DNA of 64,000 bases from an uncultured Pelagibacteraceae bacterium (GTDB lineage: Bacteria; Pseudomonadota; Alphaproteobacteria; Pelagibacterales; Pelagibacteraceae): the NCBI GenBank assembly GCA_902609675.1, contig CACLST010000001.1, forward strand, positions 11,934-75,933, in the 5' to 3' direction. The position numbers were made by a program, and so were the translations under genes. The notes beneath the pieces were generated by a model. It had not been told where the DNA came from. It saw nothing but the letters and a program-made list of their open reading frames with translations, and ran no database searches. Each line of letters starts with the position of its first letter. Within the stretch, counting starts at the first letter, position 1. Positions 27,823 through 37,437 of this stretch are shown here, in pieces.

Positions 27823-28764
27823 TTATAAAGGTAAAAAACTAGTATCAACGGCACCGCCTGGAGTTCCCATACCTTTTAGGAATCCATCAAGATTACCGCT
27901 CTCCATTGACTGTTTAGTCTCTTCTGGAGTAAGAAATTTAAATCCACTTAAAGTTTCTTTCATGTCAGCAACTTTCATTTCTGAAGCTTTAGACATTGAA
28001 TTCATATCGCTTTTACCAGCTCTATATCTGTCATTTGCTTCATGAGTTACTTCTATAAAAGTTCTAAGCATACCTGGATTTTCTTTCATGAATTTGTCAG
28101 TTACTGATGTAATATCTATTCCTAAGATACCAGCATCTCTTGCTTCTTGAACTGTTAAAAGTCTTGAACCAACTGCAACTGCAGCTTTGATAGAATTTCC
28201 ACCAAATAAACATGCCATCACAACATCACCACTTACTAATGCAGCAGCACCCTCTTCAGGATCCATTTGAATTATATCCATTTTACTTCTGTCAGCTCCA
28301 ACAACTTTCATACTTTCGTCAAAGACGTACTCAGCCATAGTTCCAAGTGGAACTGCAACTTTTTTACCTTCTAATTCAGAACCGTTTGCTTTTGTAATTC
28401 CAGAAGCGTTAGATGTAACACAAGTTGTTCCACCCATTCCATATTCCATTGCAATATCAACTAATTTGATAGGTGCATTTGATTTTACAGCATTAATAAA
28501 AGGTACTAAACCTTGAGAATAAGAAATATCAATATCCCCAGCTAGCATTGCATCAGTCATAGCTCCACCGTTAGTGAAGTTAGTCCATTTTACTGGAACT
28601 CCTAGTGCTTTAGCAAAATTCTTTTTTTGCATGTCCTCTAAATTTGGACTTGGCCATTCTAGAAAGTAAGCAACTCTTACTTCATTTGCAGCAGCATTTG
28701 CAGCTGAAATTGACAAGTTAAGAGCGAATAAACTTCCTAAAATAAAGCTAATTAGTTTCTTCAT
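27823..28764 (-). CDS. tauA: Taurine/sulfonate ABC substrate-binding protein
   Basis: Signal peptide, VAYFLEWP, LEGKKVAVPLGT; SsuA/TauA family; in an operon with tauBC. Confidence 0.85.
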   Translation of the reverse strand: MKKLISFILGSLFALNLSISAANAAANEVRVAYFLEWPSPNLEDMQKKNFAKALGVPVKWTNFTNGGAMTDAMLAGDIDISYSQGLVPFINAVKSNAPIKLVDIAMEYGMGGTTCVTSNASGITKANGSELEGKKVAVPLGTMAEYVFDESMKVVGADRSKMDIIQMDPEEGAAALVSGDVVMACLFGGNSIKAAVAVGSRLLTVQEARDAGILGIDITSVTDKFMKENPGMLRTFIEVTHEANDRYRAGKSDMNSMSKASEMKVADMKETLSGFKFLTPEETKQSMESGNLDGFLKGMGTPGGAVDTSFLPL

Positions 28765-28863
28765 TTTATCTCCTTAATTAAATTTAATTACCCTTATTTA
28801 AGTTCAATTTTGATTATAAGTAAATGTATTTTGTAAGCACATTAATCATAGGTGATTTGAATA

Positions 28864-28877
28864 TGTCTAAAATGGGT
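28864..28877 (-). promoter_or_regulatory. Copy of the ACCCATTTYRGACA box in the tauA/aminotransferase divergent promoter
   Basis: TGTCTAAAATGGGT is the reverse complement of ACCCATTTTAGACA. Confidence 0.5.
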
Positions 28878-28993
28878 TCAACTTTTGGTTGTATTTAATA
28901 TTACGTAATGACATACTAATAATGCACAGAAATTATTTTCTATTTTTTTATTTTAGTCTATGAGAGAGTGATAATAACAATTTAAAAAATTTT

Positions 28994-30337
28994 ATGAGTT
29001 CAGAAAAGCCACAAATACCTAATTCTTTAAATGAGCATTGGATGCCATTCTCTTCAAATAGAGATTTTAAAGCAAACCCAAGATTAATAGTTGAAGCAAA
29101 AGGTGTTTATTTAAAAAATCACCATGGAAAAACACAAATTGATGCAAGTTCAGGATTATTTTGTAATCCATTAGGTCACGGTAGAGAAGAAATTATTGAG
29201 GCGATAACTAAACAATTAAGAACAGTCGACTATGCACAACCATTCCAACAAGGATTTGGTGGCTCGTTTGAATTAGCAACACGAATTTCAAAACACACAC
29301 CAGGAAACTTAAATAGAATTTTTTATACTATTTGTGGATCAACTGCTGTTGAGACAGCAATAAAAATTTCAGTTGCTTATCACAAAGCTAGAGGAGAAGG
29401 ACAGAGATTTAGATTTGTTGGTAGAGAAAGAGCTTACCACGGTATGAATATTGGAGCAACATCAGTTGGTGGAATGATCAACAACGTTAAAACATTTGCG
29501 AGCGTTTTAATGCCGGGTGTTGTTCATATGAGACATACTCATTTACCAGAACATAAATTTGTTTCAGGACAACCAGAAACTGGTGCAGAAATTGCAGATG
29601 ATCTAGAGAGAATTTGTACAAACTTTGGATCAGAAAATATTGCTGCATGCATAGTTGAGCCGATTGCAGGATCAACAGGAACGCTTGTTCCACCAAAAGG
29701 ATATTTACAAAGATTAAGAGAAATTTGTGACAAACATGGAATACTTTTAATTTTTGATGAAGTAATTACTGGATGGGGAAGAACAGGTTCTCCGTTTGCA
29801 TCACAAGAATATGGTGTCACTCCAGATATTATTACAATGGCAAAAGCAACAACAAACGGAATAAGTCCTTTAGGCGCTGTTGCTTGTAAAGAAGAAATTT
29901 ATGATGCAGTAATGGATGCATCACCTCATGGGTCAGTTGAATTATTTCATGGCTATACATATTCAGGAATTCCAGTTTCAGTAGCAGCTGGATTAGCAGT
30001 ACAAGATATATTTGAAAAAGAAGATATATTTAATAGAGCTAAAAATTTAGCTCCATACTTCCAAGAAGGATTGATGTCATTAAAGGATATTGATGTTGTA
30101 GACAACATTAGAGGATATGGAATGATGGGTGGAATAGATATTAAAATGGATAAAAAACCTGGAGCAGCAGGATTTACATGTTTTAAACATTGTTATGATG
30201 CAGGTGTTAATTTCAAGGCAACAGGTGATTGTTTAATTATTGCTCCAATGTTTATTTGCGAGAAAAAACATATAGATGAAATAATTGATAAATTAAGAAC
30301 TGGAATTACGAATTATTCAAAAAGTAAAAAAAATTAA
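28994..30337 (+). CDS. Class III omega-amino acid:pyruvate aminotransferase (probable taurine/beta-alanine:pyruvate AT)
   Basis: HWMPF, RERAYHG, LIFDEVITGWGRTG, PDIITMAK, HGYTYSG; lies between tauABC and ald. Confidence 0.85.
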   Translation: MSSEKPQIPNSLNEHWMPFSSNRDFKANPRLIVEAKGVYLKNHHGKTQIDASSGLFCNPLGHGREEIIEAITKQLRTVDYAQPFQQGFGGSFELATRISKHTPGNLNRIFYTICGSTAVETAIKISVAYHKARGEGQRFRFVGRERAYHGMNIGATSVGGMINNVKTFASVLMPGVVHMRHTHLPEHKFVSGQPETGAEIADDLERICTNFGSENIAACIVEPIAGSTGTLVPPKGYLQRLREICDKHGILLIFDEVITGWGRTGSPFASQEYGVTPDIITMAKATTNGISPLGAVACKEEIYDAVMDASPHGSVELFHGYTYSGIPVSVAAGLAVQDIFEKEDIFNRAKNLAPYFQEGLMSLKDIDVVDNIRGYGMMGGIDIKMDKKPGAAGFTCFKHCYDAGVNFKATGDCLIIAPMFICEKKHIDEIIDKLRTGITNYSKSKKN

Positions 30338-30346
30338 TTCACTTAT

Positions 30347-31462
30347 ATGAAAATAGGTGTCCCTAAAGAGATAAAACCTCAAGAAAATAGAATTGGATTA
30401 ACGCCTGATAGTGTAAAAACACTTACCTCAAATGGTCATGAAGTTTTAGTTGAAAATGACGGTGGTTTTGAAGCAGGCTTTGATAACAATCAATATAAAT
30501 CTGCAGGAGCTAAAATAATTGATAAGGCAGAAGATATTTTTAATGATGCTGAGATAATTGTAAAAGTTAAAGAACCTCTTTCAAATGAAGTAAAAATGTT
30601 AAGAGAAAATCAAATTGTTTTTACTTATCTACATTTAGCTGCTGCCAAAGAATTAACAAAAGGTTTAGTAGACTCCAAAGCTGTTTGCATCGCTTATGAA
30701 ACCGTAACTGATAACGACGGTAGATTACCATTATTAGCACCTATGAGTGCTGTTGCTGGAAGAATGTCAGTTCAAGCAGGTGCACATTGTTTAGAAAAAA
30801 ATCAAAAAGGCAGAGGTATTTTGTTAGGAGGCGCACCAGGTGGAGAGCCTGCAGAAGTGGTAATTCTTGGTGGAGGAGTTGTTGGAGAAAATGCTGCAAT
30901 TATTGCAACTGGAATGAGAGCAAAAGTTCACGTTGTAGATAAGTCAGAAGCAAGACTAAAACAACTATCAGAAATGTTTGGTGATAAAATTATTCCCCAG
31001 CTAAGTGATAAAACTGATTTAGAAAAATTAATTTCAGATTGTGATTTATTAGTTGGAGGAGTTTTAATTCCAGGAGCAGAAGCACCAAAATTAATTACTA
31101 AAAATATGATTAAGAATATGAAACGAGGATCAGTAATAGTTGATGTTGCAATTGATCAAGGTGGATGTGTAGAGACCAGTAAACCCACAACTCATGCTGA
31201 ACCAACTTATATAGTTGATGATATTGTTCATTATTGTGTAGCAAATATGCCAGGTGGTGTCCCTAGAACATCAACCATCGCATTAAATAATGCTACGCTT
31301 CCTTTTTTAAACAGATTAGCTAGTGATGGTTATTACAAAGCTTTAAAAGATGATCCAAATTTCTTAGCTGGCTTAAATGTCCATAAGGGTGAAGTAACAT
31401 ACAAAGCAGTTGCAGATGTTTTCGGATATAATTATTTAAGTGCTGGTGAGGCTTTAAATTAA
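30347..31462 (+). CDS. ald: Alanine dehydrogenase
   Basis: MKIGVPKEIK..ENR, KVKEP, FTYLHLAA, DVAIDQGGC, YCVANMPG. Confidence 0.96.
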   Translation: MKIGVPKEIKPQENRIGLTPDSVKTLTSNGHEVLVENDGGFEAGFDNNQYKSAGAKIIDKAEDIFNDAEIIVKVKEPLSNEVKMLRENQIVFTYLHLAAAKELTKGLVDSKAVCIAYETVTDNDGRLPLLAPMSAVAGRMSVQAGAHCLEKNQKGRGILLGGAPGGEPAEVVILGGGVVGENAAIIATGMRAKVHVVDKSEARLKQLSEMFGDKIIPQLSDKTDLEKLISDCDLLVGGVLIPGAEAPKLITKNMIKNMKRGSVIVDVAIDQGGCVETSKPTTHAEPTYIVDDIVHYCVANMPGGVPRTSTIALNNATLPFLNRLASDGYYKALKDDPNFLAGLNVHKGEVTYKAVADVFGYNYLSAGEALN

Positions 31463-32070
31463 TTAATCAAACTAGTTATCTTTTTTTCAATATTTTTGCT
31501 TATAATTTGAACACCTTTAGGATTTGGATGCATCCCGTCCTCAAGATTTAGCTCTGGCTTCAAGGCAACACCTTCTAGAAGAAAAGGTAAAAAAGTTAAG
31601 CTATATTTATCAGAAAGGTTAGAATAAATTATATTAAATTTATCTCTGTATTCTTTACCATGACTTTCAGGGGCAATCATACCTGCTAATATAATTTTAA
31701 TATTTTTATCAATTATAATTTTAATTATTTTCTCTAAATTTTCTTTTGTCTCTTTTGGCTTAATACCTCTTAACATATCATTTGCGCCTAAACCCAAAAC
31801 CAAAATATCAATATTCTTTTCAGATAGAGTCCAATTTATTCTATTTAAACCTCCCGCAGTTGTATCACCTGAGACACTTGCATTTATAATTTTGACATTT
31901 AATCCGTTATTATTTAAATTTTTTTGAAGCACTGTAGACAAATGGTCTTCTTTATTAAGTCCGTATCCAGCCATCAAACTATCTCCGAATAAAACAACTT
32001 TATTCTCAGCATTTACCCCAAATGCAACTAGACATAATATAATTATTTTAATAATACATTTTTTAAACAT
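31459..32070 (-). CDS. tesA: Arylesterase/acyl-CoA thioesterase I (SGNH)
   Basis: FGDSL, SVSGDTT, GANDML, DGMHPN; divergent from ybbA-ybbP as usual. Confidence 0.9.
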   Translation of the reverse strand: MFKKCIIKIIILCLVAFGVNAENKVVLFGDSLMAGYGLNKEDHLSTVLQKNLNNNGLNVKIINASVSGDTTAGGLNRINWTLSEKNIDILVLGLGANDMLRGIKPKETKENLEKIIKIIIDKNIKIILAGMIAPESHGKEYRDKFNIIYSNLSDKYSLTFLPFLLEGVALKPELNLEDGMHPNPKGVQIISKNIEKKITSLIN

Positions 32071-32734
32071 GACTAAACTTCTTAAACTAAAAGATGTGAA
32101 CTTAAACTATAATACTGATAACAATCTTATAAATGTTTTACAAGATGTAAGCTTTGAAGTTGATTATAAGGAAACAATATCTGTAGTAGGAGAAAGTGGG
32201 TCAGGAAAGACAAGCTTAGTAATGCTGATAGGTGGTTTGGAAAAAGTATCTTCAGGAAAAATTGAATTTAAAGACTTTGAGATTTCAAGTTTAAAAGAAG
32301 ATGAAATTTCAGAGATAAGACGAAAAGATATTGGCATTGTTTTTCAATCATTTTATTTAATACCCAATTATACAGCTATAGAAAATGTGAGTTTAGCATT
32401 AGAAATTAATAAAATTAAAGATCCAACTAATAAAGCAAAAGAAATTCTAGATAAATTTGGCCTTGGAAAGAGGTTTAATAATTTACCCAGTCAATTATCT
32501 GGAGGAGAACAGCAGAGAGTAGCAATTGCACGTTCAATTGTTATGAAGCCTGAATTGATTTTAGCGGATGAGCCTACAGGAAATTTAGACAGTGAAAATT
32601 CTGAGTTAATCTCAAATATCCTTTTTGATTATGTGAAAGAGGAAAATGCAAGTTTAATTATGGTCACGCATGATAATAAATTAGCAAATCTCTCTAAGAG
32701 AATTATTAAAATAAAGGATGGTAAAATTGAATAA
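32069..32734 (+). CDS. ybbA: ABC ATP-binding protein (YbbA/LolD family)
   Basis: [24 protein letters not shown]. Confidence 0.85.
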   Translation: MTKLLKLKDVNLNYNTDNNLINVLQDVSFEVDYKETISVVGESGSGKTSLVMLIGGLEKVSSGKIEFKDFEISSLKEDEISEIRRKDIGIVFQSFYLIPNYTAIENVSLALEINKIKDPTNKAKEILDKFGLGKRFNNLPSQLSGGEQQRVAIARSIVMKPELILADEPTGNLDSENSELISNILFDYVKEENASLIMVTHDNKLANLSKRIIKIKDGKIE

Positions 32735-35252
32735 AAATCAAAATTTTGGTCTTTATTTTAAATATGCTCTTAGAGACTTAACAAGAAGTTATAATAAGAT
32801 CTCAAGTATAATTATTACTCTTTTTATAAGTCTCTTTATTTTAAGTTCTATAATGACAATTGAAGATAGTCTAGAAAATGAACTTAATGAAAATGCAAAA
32901 TTATTATTAGGGGGTGATATAGAAATTGACTACAACAACAAAGAAGGTGATCAAACTAAAATAGATAAAATTACTAAATTTGCTACAGTCTCTCAAATGG
33001 TTGAATTTAGTACAATGATTTCAACTGTTAAAAAAAAAATCAATAAAACTTCATTTACTAGAGTAAAATCAGTTGATCAATTTTATCCATTGTATGGAAA
33101 AGCACTTTATGAACCCAATGATGCTTTAGAAAAATTAAATCAGATAGAAAGTTCAATATTAGTAAATGAAAATATTTTTAAAAATTTAAACTTAAAAATA
33201 AATGACATTGTAAAAGTTCAAGACAAAGAGTTTAAAGTTATTGGTATAGTTAAAGTTTTACCAGATATAGGCGGTGCATTTGTTTTTGGAGATTTTGCCT
33301 TAACAGGAAAAAAAACTTTAGATAAGCTAGATTTAAATACCCTCGGTAGTTTTTTAAATTATGAATATAAAGTTAAATTTAACAAATCTGTTAACAGTAA
33401 AGAGGGCATTAAAAGAGTAGAGAGCTTATTTAAAGATCAAAATAGAGTTAGATTAAGATACCCCGAAAACTCAGCAGGAGGCATTAGACGGATTGTTGAT
33501 AATTTTTCACAATTTTTATCACTTGTATCAATAAGTGCTATGTTAATTGCTGGTATTGGTATAGCGAATACTCTTTTATCATTTATAAATCAAAAAAATT
33601 CATCAATTGCTGTTCAAAAAGCAATAGGTGTATTTTCTGGAAACATAAAGACAATCTATTATTTGCAATTAGCTATTTTATTAGTTTTAATCACCGTATT
33701 TTCATATGGGTTAAGTTTTTTTTTAATTCCAATAGTCGATAAATATATTTCAGATGGCTTGGGTTTAAATATAGAAGCTAGTTTTTCTATTATAAATTTA
33801 ATTATAGTTTTTTTAGTTGGAATGTTGGTAATGATAATTTTTTCAATACCAACTGTTAATTCTATAGATCAAGTTAAAGCATCAAATTTATTTAGAAATG
33901 TATTTCAAAGTCTGCAATTTAATTATTCAGTAAAATCAGTAATAATTAGTATAGTATTATTGCTAATATTAATTAGTCTTTTTGCAATTAGGTCTTCAAT
34001 ACCATTTTATAGTGTTGCATATTTCGTATCATTTTTTATTTGTTTATTAATTTTTTATTATCTTTCTGTAACAATTATTCATTTATTAAAAAAATACAAA
34101 AATTCTAAGATTTCAGTAAAAATAGCAGTCAAAAATATAACTCAATCAAAAAGTATCACGCCCATTACAATAATGTCTTTAGGTCTTGGAATGACACTTT
34201 TGTTAACGCTGGCATTTGTAGGCTCAAATTTTAAAAGAGAAATTTCTAAATCTATTCCAGAAATTGCACCAGATTATTTTTTCTTAGGAATTCAAAATGA
34301 TCAAAGAGAAAAATTCGAAAAAATAATATTTAATTCTGATAATAAGTCAAAATTAGAGGTAGTTCCTATGGTTTCAGCAGGTCTTGTAAAAATTAATGGG
34401 ATAGATCCTAATACTTACATCAAAAGTACAAATGACAGTTATTGGGTTATAATGAATGATAGAAGAATATCATGGTCAGATGAGATACCAAAAGATAATC
34501 CTTTAACACAAGGTAACTGGTGGGATTTATCAAGCCCAGACAAATTACAAATTTCTTTGGATAGCAAAGTGGCACAAGATTTTGGAGTAAAAATTGGAGA
34601 TATATTCACTCTCAACATTTATGGGAGAGAAATAGATGGTGAGGTAGTGAATTTTAGGCTAGTTGATTATAGAGATCTTAGCATTAATTTTGCAATGTTA
34701 CTAAACCCTCAATTTGCAAATAAAATTCCACATGAGTACCTTTCGACAGTGAAGTTTAATAATATCGATAAATTCGATGATATTAATTTTCTAGATGAAT
34801 TCCCCAGCGTTTCTATTGTAAAAATCTCTGATTACTTAAAAAAAGTTACCGATGTTCTTAATAAAGTATTTATGGCGGTAATTATAATTTCAACTGTTAC
34901 AGTGATAATAGGGCTGGTTGTAATATCGAGTGCAATTATAGTGCAAGGAAAAATAAAAACTTTCCAAAATTTAGTTTTTAAGATTTTGGGATTTTCAAAA
35001 AAAGAAATAATTTACTCATCTTTAATTGAATTTATAATTACATTTTTTTCTATAATTCTTTTTTCTACAATTTTTTCTATAATTTCATCAAAATTTATTA
35101 TTGAAAATATTTTTCAACTTAAATGGCTATTTGAATTTGATATATTCTTAAATGTAACAATTACAGTTGGATTGGTAACAATGATATTGATAGTTTTTAC
35201 AAACCTTAAGTATCTAAGTCCAAAAGTTTATCCACTTGTCAGAAATGAATAA
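32718..35252 (+). CDS. ybbP: FtsX/MacB-type ABC permease (YbbP family)
   Basis: 844 aa, LLGGD, FYPLYG, two permease repeats; tesA-ybbA-ybbP synteny. Confidence 0.85.
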   Translation: MVKLNKNQNFGLYFKYALRDLTRSYNKISSIIITLFISLFILSSIMTIEDSLENELNENAKLLLGGDIEIDYNNKEGDQTKIDKITKFATVSQMVEFSTMISTVKKKINKTSFTRVKSVDQFYPLYGKALYEPNDALEKLNQIESSILVNENIFKNLNLKINDIVKVQDKEFKVIGIVKVLPDIGGAFVFGDFALTGKKTLDKLDLNTLGSFLNYEYKVKFNKSVNSKEGIKRVESLFKDQNRVRLRYPENSAGGIRRIVDNFSQFLSLVSISAMLIAGIGIANTLLSFINQKNSSIAVQKAIGVFSGNIKTIYYLQLAILLVLITVFSYGLSFFLIPIVDKYISDGLGLNIEASFSIINLIIVFLVGMLVMIIFSIPTVNSIDQVKASNLFRNVFQSLQFNYSVKSVIISIVLLLILISLFAIRSSIPFYSVAYFVSFFICLLIFYYLSVTIIHLLKKYKNSKISVKIAVKNITQSKSITPITIMSLGLGMTLLLTLAFVGSNFKREISKSIPEIAPDYFFLGIQNDQREKFEKIIFNSDNKSKLEVVPMVSAGLVKINGIDPNTYIKSTNDSYWVIMNDRRISWSDEIPKDNPLTQGNWWDLSSPDKLQISLDSKVAQDFGVKIGDIFTLNIYGREIDGEVVNFRLVDYRDLSINFAMLLNPQFANKIPHEYLSTVKFNNIDKFDDINFLDEFPSVSIVKISDYLKKVTDVLNKVFMAVIIISTVTVIIGLVVISSAIIVQGKIKTFQNLVFKILGFSKKEIIYSSLIEFIITFFSIILFSTIFSIISSKFIIENIFQLKWLFEFDIFLNVTITVGLVTMILIVFTNLKYLSPKVYPLVRNE

Positions 35253-35279
35253 GATTTAATATTTTGTATATTTTAGTTT

Positions 35280-35669
35280 TTAAATAGAAGCTTTTAAAGC
35301 TTCATAAATTAAATCCTCTGTAGTTTCACCAATGCTTCTATAAACTTCTGTATTACCCTTGAAAATTAATAGAGTAGTTTGATAAAGCACCTCAAACGAA
35401 TTTGCTATATCTCTGTTTGTTACATCAAATGCAAAATATTCGATGTTATCGAATTTAATATCTAATAATCCACCCTCATTTTTTGCTTTTTGCAAAACTT
35501 TCATTTGATTTGCACAAGATCCACAATATTCGATCCAAGAACTGATAATTATAATTTTGCCCTCAGATTGCGCTTTATTAAACAAATCTTTATCAAATGT
35601 TGTTTTCTTTTCCATTGAATTTGCAGCAAATGCAAAAAAACAGAAAATAAAAATAAAAAATTTTTTCAT
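35280..35669 (-). CDS. Exported thioredoxin-like protein
   Basis: Signal peptide, YCGSC CxxC motif, QTTLLIFKG. Confidence 0.8.
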   Translation of the reverse strand: MKKFFIFIFCFFAFAANSMEKKTTFDKDLFNKAQSEGKIIIISSWIEYCGSCANQMKVLQKAKNEGGLLDIKFDNIEYFAFDVTNRDIANSFEVLYQTTLLIFKGNTEVYRSIGETTEDLIYEALKASI

Positions 35670-35940
35670 TGATATAGAAATTACACATTTAGACGACTAA
35701 AAAAAATAATTTATAATGACACATGTGTTTTCAATTAAGGCTGAAATTCAACAAAAATTTCTTCTCTAGGCTTCAATCTATGAAGCCTAGTATTATAATT
35801 AACTTATAATAAGAGAGAGAGTTTAATTACTACAGCATCAGTCATATTTTAGGAGCGCTAATAGTGAATAATAGCTATGTATAATTCATATAGTTGCTTA
35901 ACATCTCTCTTTACTTATTTGTCATTTAATATAAAAATTA

Positions 35941-36005
35941 TTTATGGGGTGCCGAATGGCTGAGAAATACCCAACGAACCTGTCCGGTAATTCAGAAAGG
36001 GAAAA
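35941..36005 (+). ncRNA. TPP riboswitch (compact, variant)
   Basis: GGGGUGCC-GAAU-GGCUGAGAAAUACCC...AACCUG...UAAU...AGGGAA directly abutting the ATG at 36006. Confidence 0.85.
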
Positions 36006-37436
36006 ATGGATCAAATAAATATCTTAAATCAATCATCAGCAATTTTATTAACTTTAATTATTAGTATCATTTTTGTAATAGTTGGCCTTGTATATTCAAA
36101 AAAATATCAAGGGTTAAATAATTATTTAGTTGCAAGTAGGTCTGTAGGGACTTTTTCACTAACAACTAGTTTAGTAGCATCTGCTTTAGGAGCTTGGATT
36201 TTATTTGGACCTGCATCAGCAGCAACCTGGGGAGGAGTAGGGGCTGTTATTGGGTATTCTTTAGGGACAGCGTTTCCTCTTTTTGCATTAATTTATTTAG
36301 GAAAAAAATTTAGAGATAAATACCCAACGGGAAAATCATTAATTGAGGTGATTAGATCTAGATTTGGCTCACAATTATTTAAGTTAATTTTGTTTTTATC
36401 AATTTTTTATATGACTATTTTTTTAATAGCAGAAGTTACCGCCGTTTCAATTTTAATTAATTACATATCAGGGACTGATCTATGGATCACGGCATCTATT
36501 GTAATTGTCAGCTCACTTGTCTACACTTTGTATGGTGGTCTTAGAGCTTCTATATTTACAGATAATATTCAATTTGTAGTTTTTAGTTTGCTTTTAATAA
36601 TTGCATTTTCTTATTTAATTTCTTTTAATTCTAATGACTTTAGTTTTGAGTTTGTAAAGCAGAACAAACCTTATTTGTTAAGCGCAGGTTATTTGCCTAA
36701 CTTTACTGCAGGACTAACTTTTTTTATAGCTGTTGCAGCAACTAATCTTTTTCATCAAGGTAACTGGCAAAGAATTTATGCTGCTAAAAATAACAAAATT
36801 TTAAAAAATAGCTTAATAATTTCTTTTATAATTATTATACCAATAGTATTCATGATGGGCTTTTCAGGATTAGTTGCAACTTCCCAAAATACAAACGTAG
36901 TTCCTGACCTTGCATTCTTTTCTTTATTGTTAAAAGACCAAGCCATCTTTTTATCAATAATAATAACTATTTTAGCAATTTCACTGACAGTGAGCAGTAT
37001 AGATACACTGGTAAATGCTATCTCTAGTTTGATTATTGTTGATGGAAATAAAGTTATAAAATTTAAAGGTAATTATTTAAAATTATCTAAACAAATTATA
37101 ATATTTTTATCCTTGATTTCATTTTTTGTTGCCTCAAAAGGATTAAGTATTTTATATCTATTTTTATTAGCTGATTTATTTTGTTGTGCAGCAGTATTAA
37201 GTGTATTTTATGGTTTTTATTCAAAATCATTTAATGAAAAAAATGCATATGTTTCAATTATAGTTGGTTTAATTGGTGGAATTCTATTATTTCCTAGTCC
37301 CGATTTCTCAAAATCAATACTTGTAGGAATAATATTACCTGCTGATTTTTTTCCAATATTTATCTCACAATCTTTGTTGTTTTGCTCATTTATTGTTGCA
37401 ACACTCTTACCCATGGTTACGTGGAAATTGAGGTAA
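36006..37436 (+). CDS. thiV: Sodium:solute symporter, thiamin-precursor (HMP) transporter ThiV
   Basis: SSS motifs (YTLYGGLRASIFTD, WQRIYAA, SSIDT) plus upstream TPP riboswitch. Confidence 0.8.
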   Translation: MDQINILNQSSAILLTLIISIIFVIVGLVYSKKYQGLNNYLVASRSVGTFSLTTSLVASALGAWILFGPASAATWGGVGAVIGYSLGTAFPLFALIYLGKKFRDKYPTGKSLIEVIRSRFGSQLFKLILFLSIFYMTIFLIAEVTAVSILINYISGTDLWITASIVIVSSLVYTLYGGLRASIFTDNIQFVVFSLLLIIAFSYLISFNSNDFSFEFVKQNKPYLLSAGYLPNFTAGLTFFIAVAATNLFHQGNWQRIYAAKNNKILKNSLIISFIIIIPIVFMMGFSGLVATSQNTNVVPDLAFFSLLLKDQAIFLSIIITILAISLTVSSIDTLVNAISSLIIVDGNKVIKFKGNYLKLSKQIIIFLSLISFFVASKGLSILYLFLLADLFCCAAVLSVFYGFYSKSFNEKNAYVSIIVGLIGGILLFPSPDFSKSILVGIILPADFFPIFISQSLLFCSFIVATLLPMVTWKLR

Positions 37437-37437
37437 T

